Position numbers and translations under genes: made by a program. The notes beneath the pieces were generated by a model that was given only the letters and a program-made list of their open reading frames with translations, was not told the DNA's origin and did not search any database. A DNA stretch of 64,000 nt from NCBI RefSeq assembly GCF_009914755.1, contig NC_060937.1; one strand, 5' to 3'. This DNA is from the human T2T-CHM13v2.0 reference genome, Homo sapiens. Positions 32,501 through 48,113 of the stretch are shown here, one piece after another; the stretch's first letter is position 1, and every line of letters starts with the position of its first letter.

Positions 32501-33595
32501 CCAGCATATTTTATTATTAGTTTTCTTCCTCTGGTCAATGATTAATCAATTGATTAGAATTGCTAATAAAAAAAGATCAACTCTCAGTTCAGGAAAATAA
32601 ATATCAAGTTATATAATCTATATGTAGTCATATAGCCTTTATAGTTTTCTGCCTTCTCTTTTAACTTCCATAGGGCAACTCACTATAGTAAAGCCTTTTG
32701 TGTTATTAAGTTATCTCTTGGTAAACCAAGTTAAAAATTAATTTAGTGGTCCAGTATTCAGATATTTTTCTATTTAGTTATAATAAAAGCTAAGAAGCCA
32801 TCATATTATTCTTCATTTTCTTTCTCTGACCAATGTCTAATACATGACTTAGAGAAATTAAATGTTACTTTTATGTGGGTCAAGTCCAATCAACTAATAA
32901 AAAACAGGATATAGACATCTGAAAACAATGTACCTATTAAAATTTCCTTTTATACTTTCTTTTCAAAGTGTTTAAATTAGAGTTTAATGGAAAGTATGAA
33001 GTAATTTACTTATCCAGCTTCTACGGCCAAAATGGAATGTGCTAATTTTATTAATCTGAACAATGGTGGCTTGCATTTGAAAAGCTCAAGAAACAGCGAC
33101 GCACCATGGGGCTAATCACTTCAAGTTTTCTTTTCTTTATCTCTGCCCATTTTGCAAGTTCTCATTATTTGCATGAAGACTCTCAGAGAATTACCAGACC
33201 AGAAATGTAACCCATTGTATTCTTTCTTCTAAAAGGGGTAGAAATCATTTTTGAGATCATTTTCAAAATTGGAACATTGCTGAAAGGAAAAAAATCAAAT
33301 GGATCGATAACCTTGAGCTTAAGGAAAAACTGTATGTTAAGCAAGCAATGGTTGTGACATAAAGTAATAATATTACTCATTAAGTAAATTTTTTTTAAAC
33401 TTTCACATAAGTTTAAATAACCACTAACAGAATTTTATCTGATACAATTATAAATGGAATTAATGACAATAGTTTACAACCTGATTTCAAAAATTTGTTT
33501 TTTTATGTGTTTTAAGGAATTCCACATGCTTATTTTGCGCTGGGGAATTAATTTGAAATAGCAAATTGAAGGATGCTAGTAGGTATGTACTATAC

Positions 33596-34396
33596 TGATA
33601 TGGACAGGAGACAGGGAAATACTGGGTAGAAGAAGGCAGTTCCCCGGCAAAGGCCCCACCCTCAAGCCTGGATACTCATGGCCCTAAATGAGAACAAATA
33701 TTCCTGTTTTCGCGCTCCTCTTTGGTCCGCCACATCCCCTATCCTGCACCCACATAAACCCCAAATCCCAAGCTCCAGAGCAGACCAGCAGGTGAGGACA
33801 CAGGAGGCAAGCAGACCGACAGTGGAACAACGCGGCAGAGAGAAAGAAGAGTAGGGGCATCTGGATGCTGAGAGGAGTTTGGCTGGGGGTGGTGCAAGAG
33901 GAGTTTTGCCTCCGGCCGCTGGGTGGCCCAACTCCAGGGGAAGATACCTTCCCACTCCATCCCCCAGCCCCCGCCCTTCCAGCTTCCCATCCACCACACT
34001 GAAAGCCACCTCTACCACTCAATAAAACCTCACATTCATCCTTCCAGTCCGTGTGTGACCCAATTTTTCCGGGACACTGGACAAGAGCTCGGGATACAGG
34101 AAGCTGTCACACTGGCCCTCTGCCCTTGCGAAAAGGCAGAAGGTCCACTGAGCTGATTAACACTCAAGCCGTCTGCGGGTGGCCAAGCTGAAAGAGCTTT
34201 GTAACACTGAGGTTGCAGGCACCCACCATTAGACATTACCATGGGGCCAGAGCCCAAAGTGCTCGCCCTGGCCTCTGCACCTGCCCATCTGCATGCTCCT
34301 CCTCTCACAAGGGGTCTGAGCAGTGGGCAACCGAACAAGGGAGCCATACCCCTGTCTCATATCCTGTAAAGGGAGTCAGGGAAGTCTCCCGTTTCA
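33596..34396 (+). mobile_element. MER50 solo LTR
   Basis: TGATATGGACAGGAGACAGGGAAATACTGGGTAGAAGA ... CCCGTTTCA; AATAAA at 34021; TSD ATAC. Confidence 0.9.
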
Positions 34397-35206
34397 ATAC
34401 TATGTGGCCATGTGACTTGCTTATGACATGCTAGAGAATGTGCCAGTGGTAGATGGGCAGGCTGTTTGTAATGAAAATTAAAATGCAAGTTCTGTGCTGA
34501 ACTGAACTGTTGAAAGGATAACAGACCTTGGAAAAATGCCAGGTAGAAAACGGAAAACATTTCTCCATGGTATTTCTGGTACGTGGCACCACAGTAGACA
34601 CTCAACAAATATTTTTGAATAAATGAATGTGAGGGCTGAGTTAGCTTAGGAGACATTAATATAAAATTGAAAACATTGATGATTTGATTGTCTAAGATCA
34701 GAGCAGTCCCTTAAGAAAAGAAATCCCAAATCATGTATTAGGAGAGAACGTGTTCTAATCTGGAAAATTTCAAGATTATTGTTTTGTTCATTTCTTTGTT
34801 TTTTTCTTTTTAAAATCCAATGAAAGGATTTAGCAAAAATTCCTAAGAGTCTATATGGTACATTTCATCAGTGATCTGTGAGACCTTGGGGGTTGAAAAG
34901 AAAGTACAAGAACTTAGCCTCACTCTGTTGTAGACTTTATAAAATACAATCAAGGATCGCTGTCTAAAACCACTTCTCATAAAAAAATGGTTTATAAACT
35001 TTATTTGCACATTACAACCTTAGAGATAAATAATAAAATGGAAATCTAGAGTCCAGCCTAATCTGTTTCTCCATTAAACCTCACACAATGTGATGAGGAG
35101 CTGTAGAGTTCTGAGGAATAAGGTTTGAAACCTGTTGTCCCAGAGGATTCTTCTGAGGAACCTAAATGCAAGAACCTCTGGTAGTGAAATGATGACAATT
35201 GAATGT

Positions 35207-35603
35207 TTTCACTCGCGTCCATGTGAAGAGACCACCAAACAGGCTTTATGTGAGCAATAAAGCTTTTTAATCACCTGGGTGCAGGCGGGCTGAGTCCGAA
35301 AAGAGAGTCAGGAAGGGAGACAGGGGTGGGGCCGTTTTATAGGATTTGGGTAGGTAAAGGAAAATTAGTCAAAGGGGGTTGTTCTTTGGCGGGCAGGGGT
35401 GGGGGTCACAAGGTGCTCAGTAAGGGAGCTTTTGAGCCAGGATGAGGCAGGAGAAGGAATTTCACAAGGTAATGTCATCAGTTAAGGCAGGAACAGGCCA
35501 TTTTCACTTCCTTTGTGATTCTTCAGTTACTTCAGGCCATCTGGATGTATATGTGCAGGTCACAGGGGATATGATGGCTTAGCTTGGGCTCAGAGGCCTG
35601 ACA
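35207..35603 (-). mobile_element. LTR7-family (HERV-H) solo LTR
   Basis: Minus strand TGTCAGGCCTCTGAGCCCAAGCTAAGCC ... CCTATAAAACGGCCCCACCCC ... GGACGCGAGTGAAA. Confidence 0.95.
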
Positions 35604-35695
35604 GATATTGTAATAATACAGTTATCATTTACTGAATGTCTACCAGATCTAGGTACTTCCCAGAGCTTATTTCATTGATTCTGAGTTAAGTATTA

Positions 35696-36247
35696 TGTCA
35701 GAGGCGTGTGAACCAGAGCAACTCCATCTTGAATAGGGGCTGGATAAAATGAGGTTGAAACCTACTGGGTTGAATTCCCAGATGGTTAAGGCATTCTAAG
35801 TCACAGAATGAGATAGGAAGTCAGCACAAGATATAGGTCATAAAGACTTTGCTGATAAAACAGGTTGCAGTAAAGAAGCCAAACAAAACCTACCAAAACC
35901 AAGATGGCAATAAGAGTCATCTCTGGTCATCCTCACTGCTACACTCCCATCAGGGCCATGACATTTTACAGATGCCATGACAACGTCAGGAAGTGACTCT
36001 ATATGATCTAAAAAGGGGAAGTATGAATAATCCACCCCTTGTTTAGCATATAATCAAGAAATAACCATAAAAATGGGCAACCAGCAGCCCTTGGGGCTGC
36101 TCTGTCTATGGACTAGCCATTCTTTTATTTCTTCGCTTTCCTAATAAGCTTGCTTTCACTTTACTCTGGACTCACCCTGAATTCTTTCTTGTGCGAGATC
36201 CAGGAACTCTCTCTTGGGGTCTGGATCAGGACCCCTTTCCAGTAACA
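35696..36247 (+). mobile_element. MER41 solo LTR (MER41A-like length)
   Basis: TGTCAGAGGCGTGTGAACCAGAGCAACTCCATCTTGAATAGG ... CCAGTAACA; TSD ATTA; sits within MIR-like sequence. Confidence 0.92.
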
Positions 36248-36724
36248 ATTATGTCTCTTTTTAACGAGAAAGCTGAGTTTCATGGAGGTTAAACTGCCAA
36301 AGTCACTCAAATGCTAAGTGCACTTTTGACTATTCAACTGCTTCAAATATGACACAACAAAAGAACAGGCATCTCTTACTGCATAGATTTTCTGAAGTAT
36401 CCTCCTTCTGTCGAACAAGGTTCTGTGGTGCTGGGAGATGTACGGACTTCCAAGCAGGTTAAATTTTCCAGAGGGAATCAGCAATGTGTGTGATTAGGGG
36501 TGGAACAGCTAAAAAGTTTGCCATGATCACCTGACTTTTAGGAACCATAAACCCATTATCACAACAGAGCCTCCTTGCAGAACCAAGGCTCAGACACTCA
36601 CACAACCCCTACTTTAGATTCAGGGATCTTGTCTGGGGCCTGATTTATCACACTCAACTATCCCAACCCCTCCAAAGTCCCAGAATGAACACAGAAGTGA
36701 TCTCACGTGATCAGTAAAGCTGCT

Positions 36725-37040
36725 TACGCATTTGTCCAAACCGGTAGAACTATGCAACACAGTGAACACTAATGTAAACAATGGCTTTACTTCATAATAA
36801 TGTATCATACTGATTCGTCAATCATAGCAAATGCAGATAATAGGGCATACTAACATCTAAATAATAGGGAGTATTAGTAATAAGTAATAAATAATACAGA
36901 ATATTAACACCTAAAGAAAGATGTTAATAAGAGAGAAAACTGGGGGGGTGCGCAGTATTTGGGAATGCTGTACTTTCTGCTTAATTTTTCTGTAAACATA
37001 AAATTGCTCTAAAAATTAAAGTTTATTAGTTTTTTAAAAA
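36725..37040 (+). mobile_element. L1MC-type 3' end
   Basis: CATTTGTCCAAACC..TAGAA; TGTACTTTCTGCT.AATTTTTCTGTAAAC.TAAAA.TGCTCTAAAAA. Confidence 0.75.
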
Positions 37041-37484
37041 GTAGCTATTTTCTGGATCAACTGTATAAAACAATGCATATCCAAAAGAAGACAAATATTA
37101 AAGTTAAGAAAATTCAAATCTAGGATTTACTCAGCCTCTAACTAACTCTTCAGCCCCACACTTAAACTTGTACATTCACAGAAAGTGGCCAGTTGTTGGC
37201 TGCACCCAAGGTCAAAGGTAGGTCTGAGTGGAACACAGCTATGAAAAAAATCCACAGGTTGGTGCCAGGTTAATGACATTTCTGATGAGACCGTAAACGA
37301 CTTGGTGCGGGTTTCTCATCAGACAGAGTAGTAAACCCAAAAAGGCAAAACCACTTTTCAAGATATCTGATTACCCAGAGTTAGCTGCTCACTTCCAAGT
37401 TTCCTTTGAAACTGGGACAGAAAGCGCTCCAATTCTTTCTGAACTCCAGGTCTAGTGTAGAAGCAGAGCAGATGCTTCCTTCCC

Positions 37485-37788
37485 ATTTGACTTGAATGCC
37501 ACCTTCTCAGTGCAACATTCACCAAACAACCACTTTAGAACTGCAAACCTTCACTCTGGCCACCCAGTATCCCCTTTCTGATGTTATTTCAACTCCACCC
37601 CCACCCGGGGCACTTATTGCCATTAATAAGCACACTACACATTTTACTTACTTTGTTTATTGTTTCCTCACCTGACTAGTCTAAATTCCAGGAGAGCCGT
37701 GATTTTATTATTGTGTCCTCAGCCCCTAAATGCAGTACCTTGCATTTAGCATGCTTCCCATAAATATTTGTTGATTCGAATGAATAAA
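37485..37788 (+). mobile_element. L2a 3' end
   Basis: Ends ATAAATATTTGTTGA.TCGAATGAATAAA. Confidence 0.7.
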
Positions 37789-39089
37789 CCACCACTTGCA
37801 AGACGAAATGGGCGTGAAAAGGAATTATAATCAGAACAATCAGAGTTTAAGGCTCTCCTGCTCTACCTCCCCCACCTTTCTGCATGGGCTTTCCCGGCTT
37901 ATTTTTGACACACTGCATTTGGTCGTTGTCTACTACCAGTGAGAAGATTGCTGAAGATAGAACAGTGGTCAACAGGATTGACTGTTAAGATTATAGTCCA
38001 GATGCAACTGGATGGAGGCTTCAGGAAAATAGCTTTTTGACCAAAAAAGCAGTACTTTTTTTTTTTATTTCACTATAGCTAGCACAATGAGAATGACCAG
38101 TTGGCCACTTAGGACAATTGCCAGAGAGATTATATGATACACTCTATAGAGGTCACAATGTCACGGTTTTCTTTGCTGCTGCACCAAAAAAAGAAATAAC
38201 TAGTCCAGACCACTTACACACAGTAGAAAACATAAAAACAAATGCGCCCCCAAAAGACTCTACTTAGGGTTCCCACGACAAGTCTTCCAAAATCAACAGT
38301 GCAGTCTGTCTGAATGTTATCAATGCTCACTAACCATGCATTCCCATGACATGACTCAGTGACTCCATTTCCTGCCTAAGTCACTTCCGCTAGCTCTGGG
38401 CCTCACTTTGAGCTTGTCTGTCAAGTATAGTAATGCCAGATACTTCTAGCTCCTACATGTACACCATAAAAATACTTCAGAAAATACACAACACATGAGA
38501 ATAATATCAGAAACCAATTTACTTCCCAATTTCATCCATTCTTGTGATTGTACCTGTCAATTAAAAAACTATTCAGAACTCTATCACATTAGGTTTTCTT
38601 AGACATCACTTAAGCCAATTATCATCTTAACCATTTTAAGTGGACAGCTCAGTGGAAATGTGGAATTTTGAACTTGTCTTTTACATTAGAGACTTGTTAA
38701 GAAAATGCTAACTTATCAAATAATATGAGCTCCTCTATACATGGTACTATTCGAGAAAGCCTTGAAGATAAATGATAAACATTTACAAGGGGCAGCATGA
38801 ACTAAAGTTAAAGGACGGGAAAGCTTGAACACTTTCTTCATGTGGATCACTTACTTTCTTATTAGTCTTGAGTAAAATATTTAAATATTTGTGTCTCAGA
38901 TTTCCAATCTTCTAAACAGGATGGAAATATTTGCCAAATACTTGCCATGTATATATTTTCTTTGAATAAAGCTAGTAAGAAGGAAGAGGAGCATGGTTTT
39001 GAATTGTTTTGTATTACTCTCTGTTTTCCATGCCTCTTTTATAATGGATGATTTAAATCAATTTTCATCTTGAGCTAATAATCTTTCCA

Positions 39090-39750
39090 CATTTAATATA
39101 ATTTATTTTTTATTCAGACAAGTATTATAATATAATCATTTTATTATTACATAATTAATATTATACAATTAGAATGTACTATAATTATATAATATATAAT
39201 TATATAATGATTACATATAATTATATATAGTTATGTTATTATATTATATAGTTATATATTATTGTATATAATTATATTATTTAATTATATATAGTTAATA
39301 TATAATTATTATAATAGATAGTGAATATAAATTATTATAATTATATATAGTTAATATGTGATTATTATAATTATGTATAGTTAATATAATTATAGTTATA
39401 TATAGTTAATATATAATTATATTAACTAAATAATTATTTAAATAATTTTATTTTTATAATATATTTATAATCATTTTAATTTATTTTATAATTTCTACTT
39501 ATTTAAATATAATTTATAATATACTTATATAATTTCTAATGTAAACATAATATAATTTATAGTATAAATTTTATAATTTACATATGCATTATAGAATTTA
39601 CATATGAATTATAAACTTTATTCTTTTATAAATTAAAAATAAACTCAGTTTATTTTATTAAAAAATAAAGTGTATTTACAATAGCAAATACATTTGCAGC
39701 TAACACTGCCTCATTATTATTGTTACTATTACTATTATTAATTTATTTAG
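39090..39750. repeat. AT-rich low-complexity tract with degenerate minisatellite
   Basis: Almost only A/T; unit ATATAGTTAATATATAATTAT recurs at about 39288-39420. Confidence 0.9.
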
Positions 39751-42202
39751 AATAATTGGTCAGTTTCCATAATATCCTCATGGTAAAAACTTCCTCATGG
39801 TATCATTTTTAATATACAGTTCTCTCCCTAACTTATCATCCCACTTGATTACGCAATTTCTCTTCTTATACATGTTATAAAAATTTGTTTAGGTCAGACA
39901 TTTGTGTAATATCAATTCATCTGAATCACCTGTATGCACAGGCACATATAGTTTGTTTTTAAGTATCAAGCATCCAAATGGCTTCCATGTTTAACTCTTT
40001 TTCTATAACACTGGAACAGGTACACATACAGAAGAGTACTTTTAAATTTCATGATGATGATTATGATAGTGATGATACAGTTTATACATATTCATTGCTG
40101 TTTTTTTAAACAAAGAAGAAATGTATGCCATTTTGTCTCAACATCAAATGATAAATTTTCAAATTCTATTAGATCCTTGAGTTTTGAAAATCTTTATATA
40201 GTTTCGTTTCTGGATAAATTTTGGCTATGTGATAAGCTGCTCTCTGTTTTGTTGCAATTATCCTACAAGTACCGTTTTTCTCAACTGAACCTCAAGTATA
40301 TAACAAACAGATAATTTTGTAAGAGAACTCTGTTTTGTCTTATTTTCACAGCTTTGTGGTTATTCTTTATGGCAAGGAAAATAGACCTTGGGTATCCTCC
40401 CAAATTTTGAGAAGAATAAAAGACAGGCTTAGCTTAATTAGCACGACCTCAGAATGAGTCCCATCACATCCCAAGACCTTTAAGTTTCCCAAATCATTAA
40501 TCTAATTACCATCCTGAAAAAAATGATCTGCTGTGCTCCTCCATGTGCAAATGTATGTTGTTGACGTTATGTGCTAAATATTAAGATGTAACCAAAAATA
40601 CACAGTCTACTTCTTTTCCATGAAGACTGAATGTTTATTTTGTTCTCTGAGTAATATTAGTCATCTAAAGGACTGTGTATAAGGCTGTTCTCAGCCTGAA
40701 ATTTCATTTCCTCTATCAGCAAACAGAGTTGAAGCTATGATTATGTCAACCTTGGGAAGTCTCTATCTTGATAAAGAAGTGAGAAAAGTTTTCCAAGATC
40801 ATAAAAATATTTAGTAAACAGGTGGTAGTATGAGCCTTTAGTTCTAAATCACAGCTAAATCACGCAGTCACTCCTCCTAGTTATCTTGACACTGCTCTAC
40901 TTATTTCTCTCTCCTCTTCAATATACAAACCTGTCAAGTTCACTTGGTGGCCAAATTAGCTGATTTGTTTATTCTATCTACTATCTGCTTTAAAAATCAC
41001 TATTAGTCTTTCCCTGTCTGTCTAGAGCTATTACTGTAGTTTCAACATCCACCAAGTGCCAAGTACTATTGTGTCTTCTCATAGGTCTAGTGATCCCTAC
41101 TCATTGTGGAGAGTATCAGGTTTGGTGAAGGTGGAATTAGACCTGTGAGAGCGTCCTGGCATATACAACCCTTGCAACTCTGAAATGATAATGATTTAGT
41201 AAATAACGTAATTACTTTTGTGGTTCTACTATGTTACTTTAGTATCAAGGGAATTGATAAATACAGACATGCAAAACTCTGTAATACGAAATGAGTTCCT
41301 TCACCATGTGCATCAATAACAACCAACTTTTTACTAGCATAACATAATCTAAGACATTACAATAGTGGCTAATAAAAAAGAGCTGTCATATCAAGAACTG
41401 ATTTCAAAGAGACGAACTAGAAGCTACTGATACTTCCATGTGTCTAAATTGAAGTTTTAAAAGCATCTAGTTCTTTGCAAACAGAGAAAAATAATACATT
41501 TACTCTTGAGTCTTAAGTCAATATGAAATAGTTAGAAGCACAGCATGACAACTGATAACCTTCAATTATAAGAACTTGGAATTCTCCTCTGCTAAGTGCA
41601 CACTCTGGGTCAAAGTGTTATCCCAATGTTGATGAAAAAGGTTTTAATGGAAATGATATGAGTGAGAGTTAAATAGATCAAAATTCAAGTTCCTCTAATG
41701 ATTTTACATTAGGGATTGTTAGAGCCTCTTTATTTCAGAATATTGCAGTGGGTCATGAATTCGACTTTTTAAAATATTTGCATTTTTGTAATAGGCAAGA
41801 GATAAGGTAATAGGACCTCTATTAATATAATGAAAGAAACATAAGATTAGCTTTGGGTAGAAAAGATAATCAATGAGATTGAATGAGTTTAAATGCTTTC
41901 TATTATTAAATGGGTCCAAATTATACATATTAAATGACAATTTAAAATAACATCTTTGCAAGATAAGATACAAATATTTCTTGTATTAAATAAAAAATGC
42001 TAAAATGGTACAGAGAAAGATAATAATGAATCAAAAGTAAAGAGTACATTCAGCTATGATCCAAGTTATAAAATAGTAAAGAAGGCATACATTGTATCTC
42101 CTTCATATTTTCAATATTGCATATTTGCATATGCAATGCTTCAGAAATACTGAGAGAGGAATCTTGAAATAGTCTCAAATTCTTCCTACCACAACAAAAC
42201 TA

Positions 42203-42526
<324 letters not shown>

Positions 42527-42816
42527 TCAGAAATTATTTAATCTGATAATCTTATGTTTATAAATGACAAAACTGAGGTTGAAAAAAGTTGAGTGGGTTG
42601 AACAAGTATATTAGTCAACTTAAGCTGCCATGACAAAATACCAAAGACTGGTTGGTTAAATAACATAAATTTATTTCTTATAGTTTCAGAGGCTAGAAGT
42701 CCAACATCAAGGTGCCAATGTGGTTGGCCTCTGGTGAAAGTTCTCCTTGGGTTGCAGATGGCCACTTTGTTGCTATATTCTCACATGGCAGAGAGAAAAG
42801 GAGCTCCAGGCTCCAG

Positions 42817-43115
42817 TCTTTTCTCCTTCTTCTTCTTTCTTCTTCTTCTTCTTTCTTTCTTTCTTCTTCTTCTTCTTCTTCTTCTTCTTCTTCTTCTTCT
42901 TCTTCTTCTTCTTCTTCTTCTTCTTCTTCTTCTTCTTCTTCTTCTTCTTCCTTCTTCTTCTTCTTCTTCTTCTTCTTCTTCTCCTTCTTCTTCTTCTTCC
43001 TCGTCCTCTTCTTCCTCTTTCTCTTCTTCCTCTTCCTCTTCCTCTTCCTCTCCTTCTCCTTCTCCCTCTCCCTCTCCCTCTTCTTCTTCTTCTTTCTTTT
43101 TTTTTTTTTTTTTTT
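42817..43115. repeat. (TTC)n / polypyrimidine tract (Alu tail)
   Basis: Pure (TTC)30 at 42861-42950; only one purine (43003) in 299 nt. Confidence 0.97.
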
Positions 43116-43381
43116 AGAGACAAGGTCTTACTCTATTCCCCAGGCTACAGTGCAGTAGCACAATCATAGCTCACTGCAGCCTCAAACTTCTGGGCTGAAG
43201 CAATACTCCAGCCTCAGCCTCCCAAGTAGCTGGGACTATAGGCACCTGCTGCTGTGCCCGGCAAATTTTTTGTTGTTGTTGTTCGCTGTGCTGCCTAGGC
43301 TGGTCTTGAACTCCTGGCCTAAAGCAATCCTCCCACCTTGGCCTCCCAAACTGCTGGGATTACAGGCCACTGTGCCTGGCC
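43116..43381 (-). mobile_element. AluJ
   Basis: CAATCATAGCTCACTGCAGCCTCAAAC, GCAATCCTCCCACCTTGGCC. Confidence 0.9.
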
Positions 43382-44670
43382 ACGCTTCCTCTTCTTACAA
43401 AAATACTAATCCTATCATGAAAGTCCTACCCTCAAGACTCTACCTTAATTACCTCCCAAAAGCCCCACCTCCAAATACCATCACATTGTGGGTTGGAGCT
43501 TCAACATATAAATTTGGGAAGGAGGGACACGAACACTCAGTCCATAACAATGGATTGAGAAAAATTTAGAGTGAAAGTAAGGACTAGAACCTAGACCTGC
43601 TGAAATCCTGGCCAGCCATCTTTTCAAATGAAATTATTGGTTGATTCTAACTTACATTATTTGACTTCTAAAATTAATTGTGCAATTTTTAAAAACATAG
43701 TTGAAATAATGCTAAGGATTAGAAAACCAGCAGAGAAGGAAAATGAGATTGACAATTTCCTACAGTTCTGTATCATTATACTTATAAAAGTTTTCCTATG
43801 TCATTTGATGCCTGTCTCATATCATTTCACTATGTTCTTTTTTAATAATCAGCCTTAATGCACCTGAACAGAATGTATTAAAGATGTTCAATGAAAAATT
43901 TTTCTTGCTGCTAAATAAATCCATTTTGGGTGCTCTTTGGGTTGTTATTTCTTCAGACACAATCAGTTGAGTGCTTGATGAAATCCTTTCTGCCTCAGAC
44001 TGTGATGACTTCTAACATTTTGTTTATATATTTAGCAGCAAAAGGAATCAAGAGCTGCCAAGTATTATTAAAGTAGAACCAACTACAGCAGGAATTCTAT
44101 CATGAGGGCAGCATCACTAATGAAGTAAAGCAGTGAGATAGAAAATTCTAACCATAACTCCAGTTTCTAACTCCTCATGATATGGGGACATTGATTCTCT
44201 TACTGTTTTTCAATTTAAACAATGGAGATAACCAACTTGTATTAAGGATTCTCAAATAATGCTTCAGTATGCATATAATAATTATAAAATGCTTGCTTTT
44301 TAAGGAAAAACAGTATAACTATCGGAAAAATATTTATGGTCTTAAAAAAAAAAACCTAAAAAAATAACAAAAAACCCTGCCACATCACATTTCTTTCCTC
44401 TTCTCTCTCTCCTTTTTTTTTTTTTTTTTTTTTTTGAGACAGTGTTTTGCTCTGTTGCTCAGGCTGGAGTGCAGTGGCACTATCTCAGGTCACTCTGTCT
44501 CCCGGGTTCAAGCAATTCTCCTGCCTCAACCTCCTGAGTAGCTGGGATTACAGGCACCCACTGCCACACCAGACTAGCTTTTGTATTTTTCTATAAAAAT
44601 AAAAATTCACCATTTTGGCCAGGCTGGTCTTGAACTCCTGGCCTCAAGAGAACCACCTGCCTTGGCCTCC

Positions 44671-47131
<2,461 letters not shown>

Positions 47132-48113
47132 CCATCAGAGTGAACAGGCAACCTACAGAATGGGAGAAAATTTTCACAATCTACCCATCTGACAAAGGGC
47201 TAATATCCAGAATCTACAAAGAACTTAAACAAATTTACAAGAAAAAAATCAAACAATCCCATCAAAAAGTGGGCAAAGTATATGAACAGACTCTTCTCAA
47301 AAGAAGACATTTATGCAGCCAACAGACACATGAAAAAATGCTCATCATCACTGGTCATCACAGAAATGCAAATCAAAACCACAATGAGATACCATCTCAT
47401 ACCAGTTAGAATGGCGATCATTAAAAAGTCTGGAAACAATGGGTGCTGGAGCGGATGTGGAGAAATAGGAACACTTTTACACTGTTGGTGGGACTGTAAA
47501 CTAGTTCAACCATTATGGAAGACAGTGTGGTGATTCCTCAAGGATCTAGAACTAGAAATAACATTTGACCCAGCCATCTCATTACCAGGTATATACCCAA
47601 AGGATTATAAATCATGCTGCTATAAAGACACATGCACACATATGTTTATTGCGGCACTAGTCACAATAGCAAAGACTTGGAACCAACCCAAATGTTCATC
47701 AATGATAGACTGGATTAAGAAAATATGGCACATATACACCATGGAAAACTATGCACCCATTAAAAAGGATGAGTTCATGTCCTTTGTAGGGACACGGATG
47801 AAACTGGAAACCATCATTCTGAGCAAACTATCGCAAGGCCAGAAAATCAAAGACCGCATGTTCTCACTCATAGGGGAGAATTGAACAATGAGAATACTTG
47901 GACACAGGGTGGGGAACATCACACACTGGGGCCTGTCATGGGGTGGGGGGAGGGGGGAGGGATAACATTAGGAGATATACCTAACGTAAATGACGAGTTG
48001 ATGGGTGCAGCACACCAACATGGCACATGTATACCTATGTAACAAACCTGGCACGTTGTGCACATGTACCCTAGAACTTAAAGTATAACAAAAAATAAAT
48101 AAAAAATAAAAAG
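47132..48113 (+). mobile_element. Forward 3' segment of the same L1PA (L1PA5/6-like)
   Basis: ORF2 C-terminus, G-rich 3'UTR, ACTTAAAGTATAA plus A-tail; 17-bp exact flank repeat ACCACCTGCCTTGGCCT (44652, 48117). Confidence 0.96.

Larger units (their letters stand above)
42608..43549 (-). mobile_element. MLT1A-type LTR split by an AluJ and its tail
   Basis: LTR halves at 42608-42816 and about 43385-43549 (ends CAGTCCATAACA). Confidence 0.85.

Noticed and set aside
33165-33176. Octamer ATTTGCAT as an OCT4-SOX2 site
   Set aside because: Spacing does not fit the composite motif, and single octamers are expected by chance
33662-34434. Cluster of overlapping ORFs and a relatively CpG-rich patch
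   Set aside because: Essentially within the GC-rich MER50 LTR
37270-37330. Hammerhead ribozyme or C/D snoRNA
   Set aside because: CTGATGA is not followed by a stem closed directly by GAAA with stems I and III; no properly spaced C/D boxes
42712-43169. Long poly-S/F/L/K/R ORFs
   Set aside because: Translations of the stop-free TTC tract
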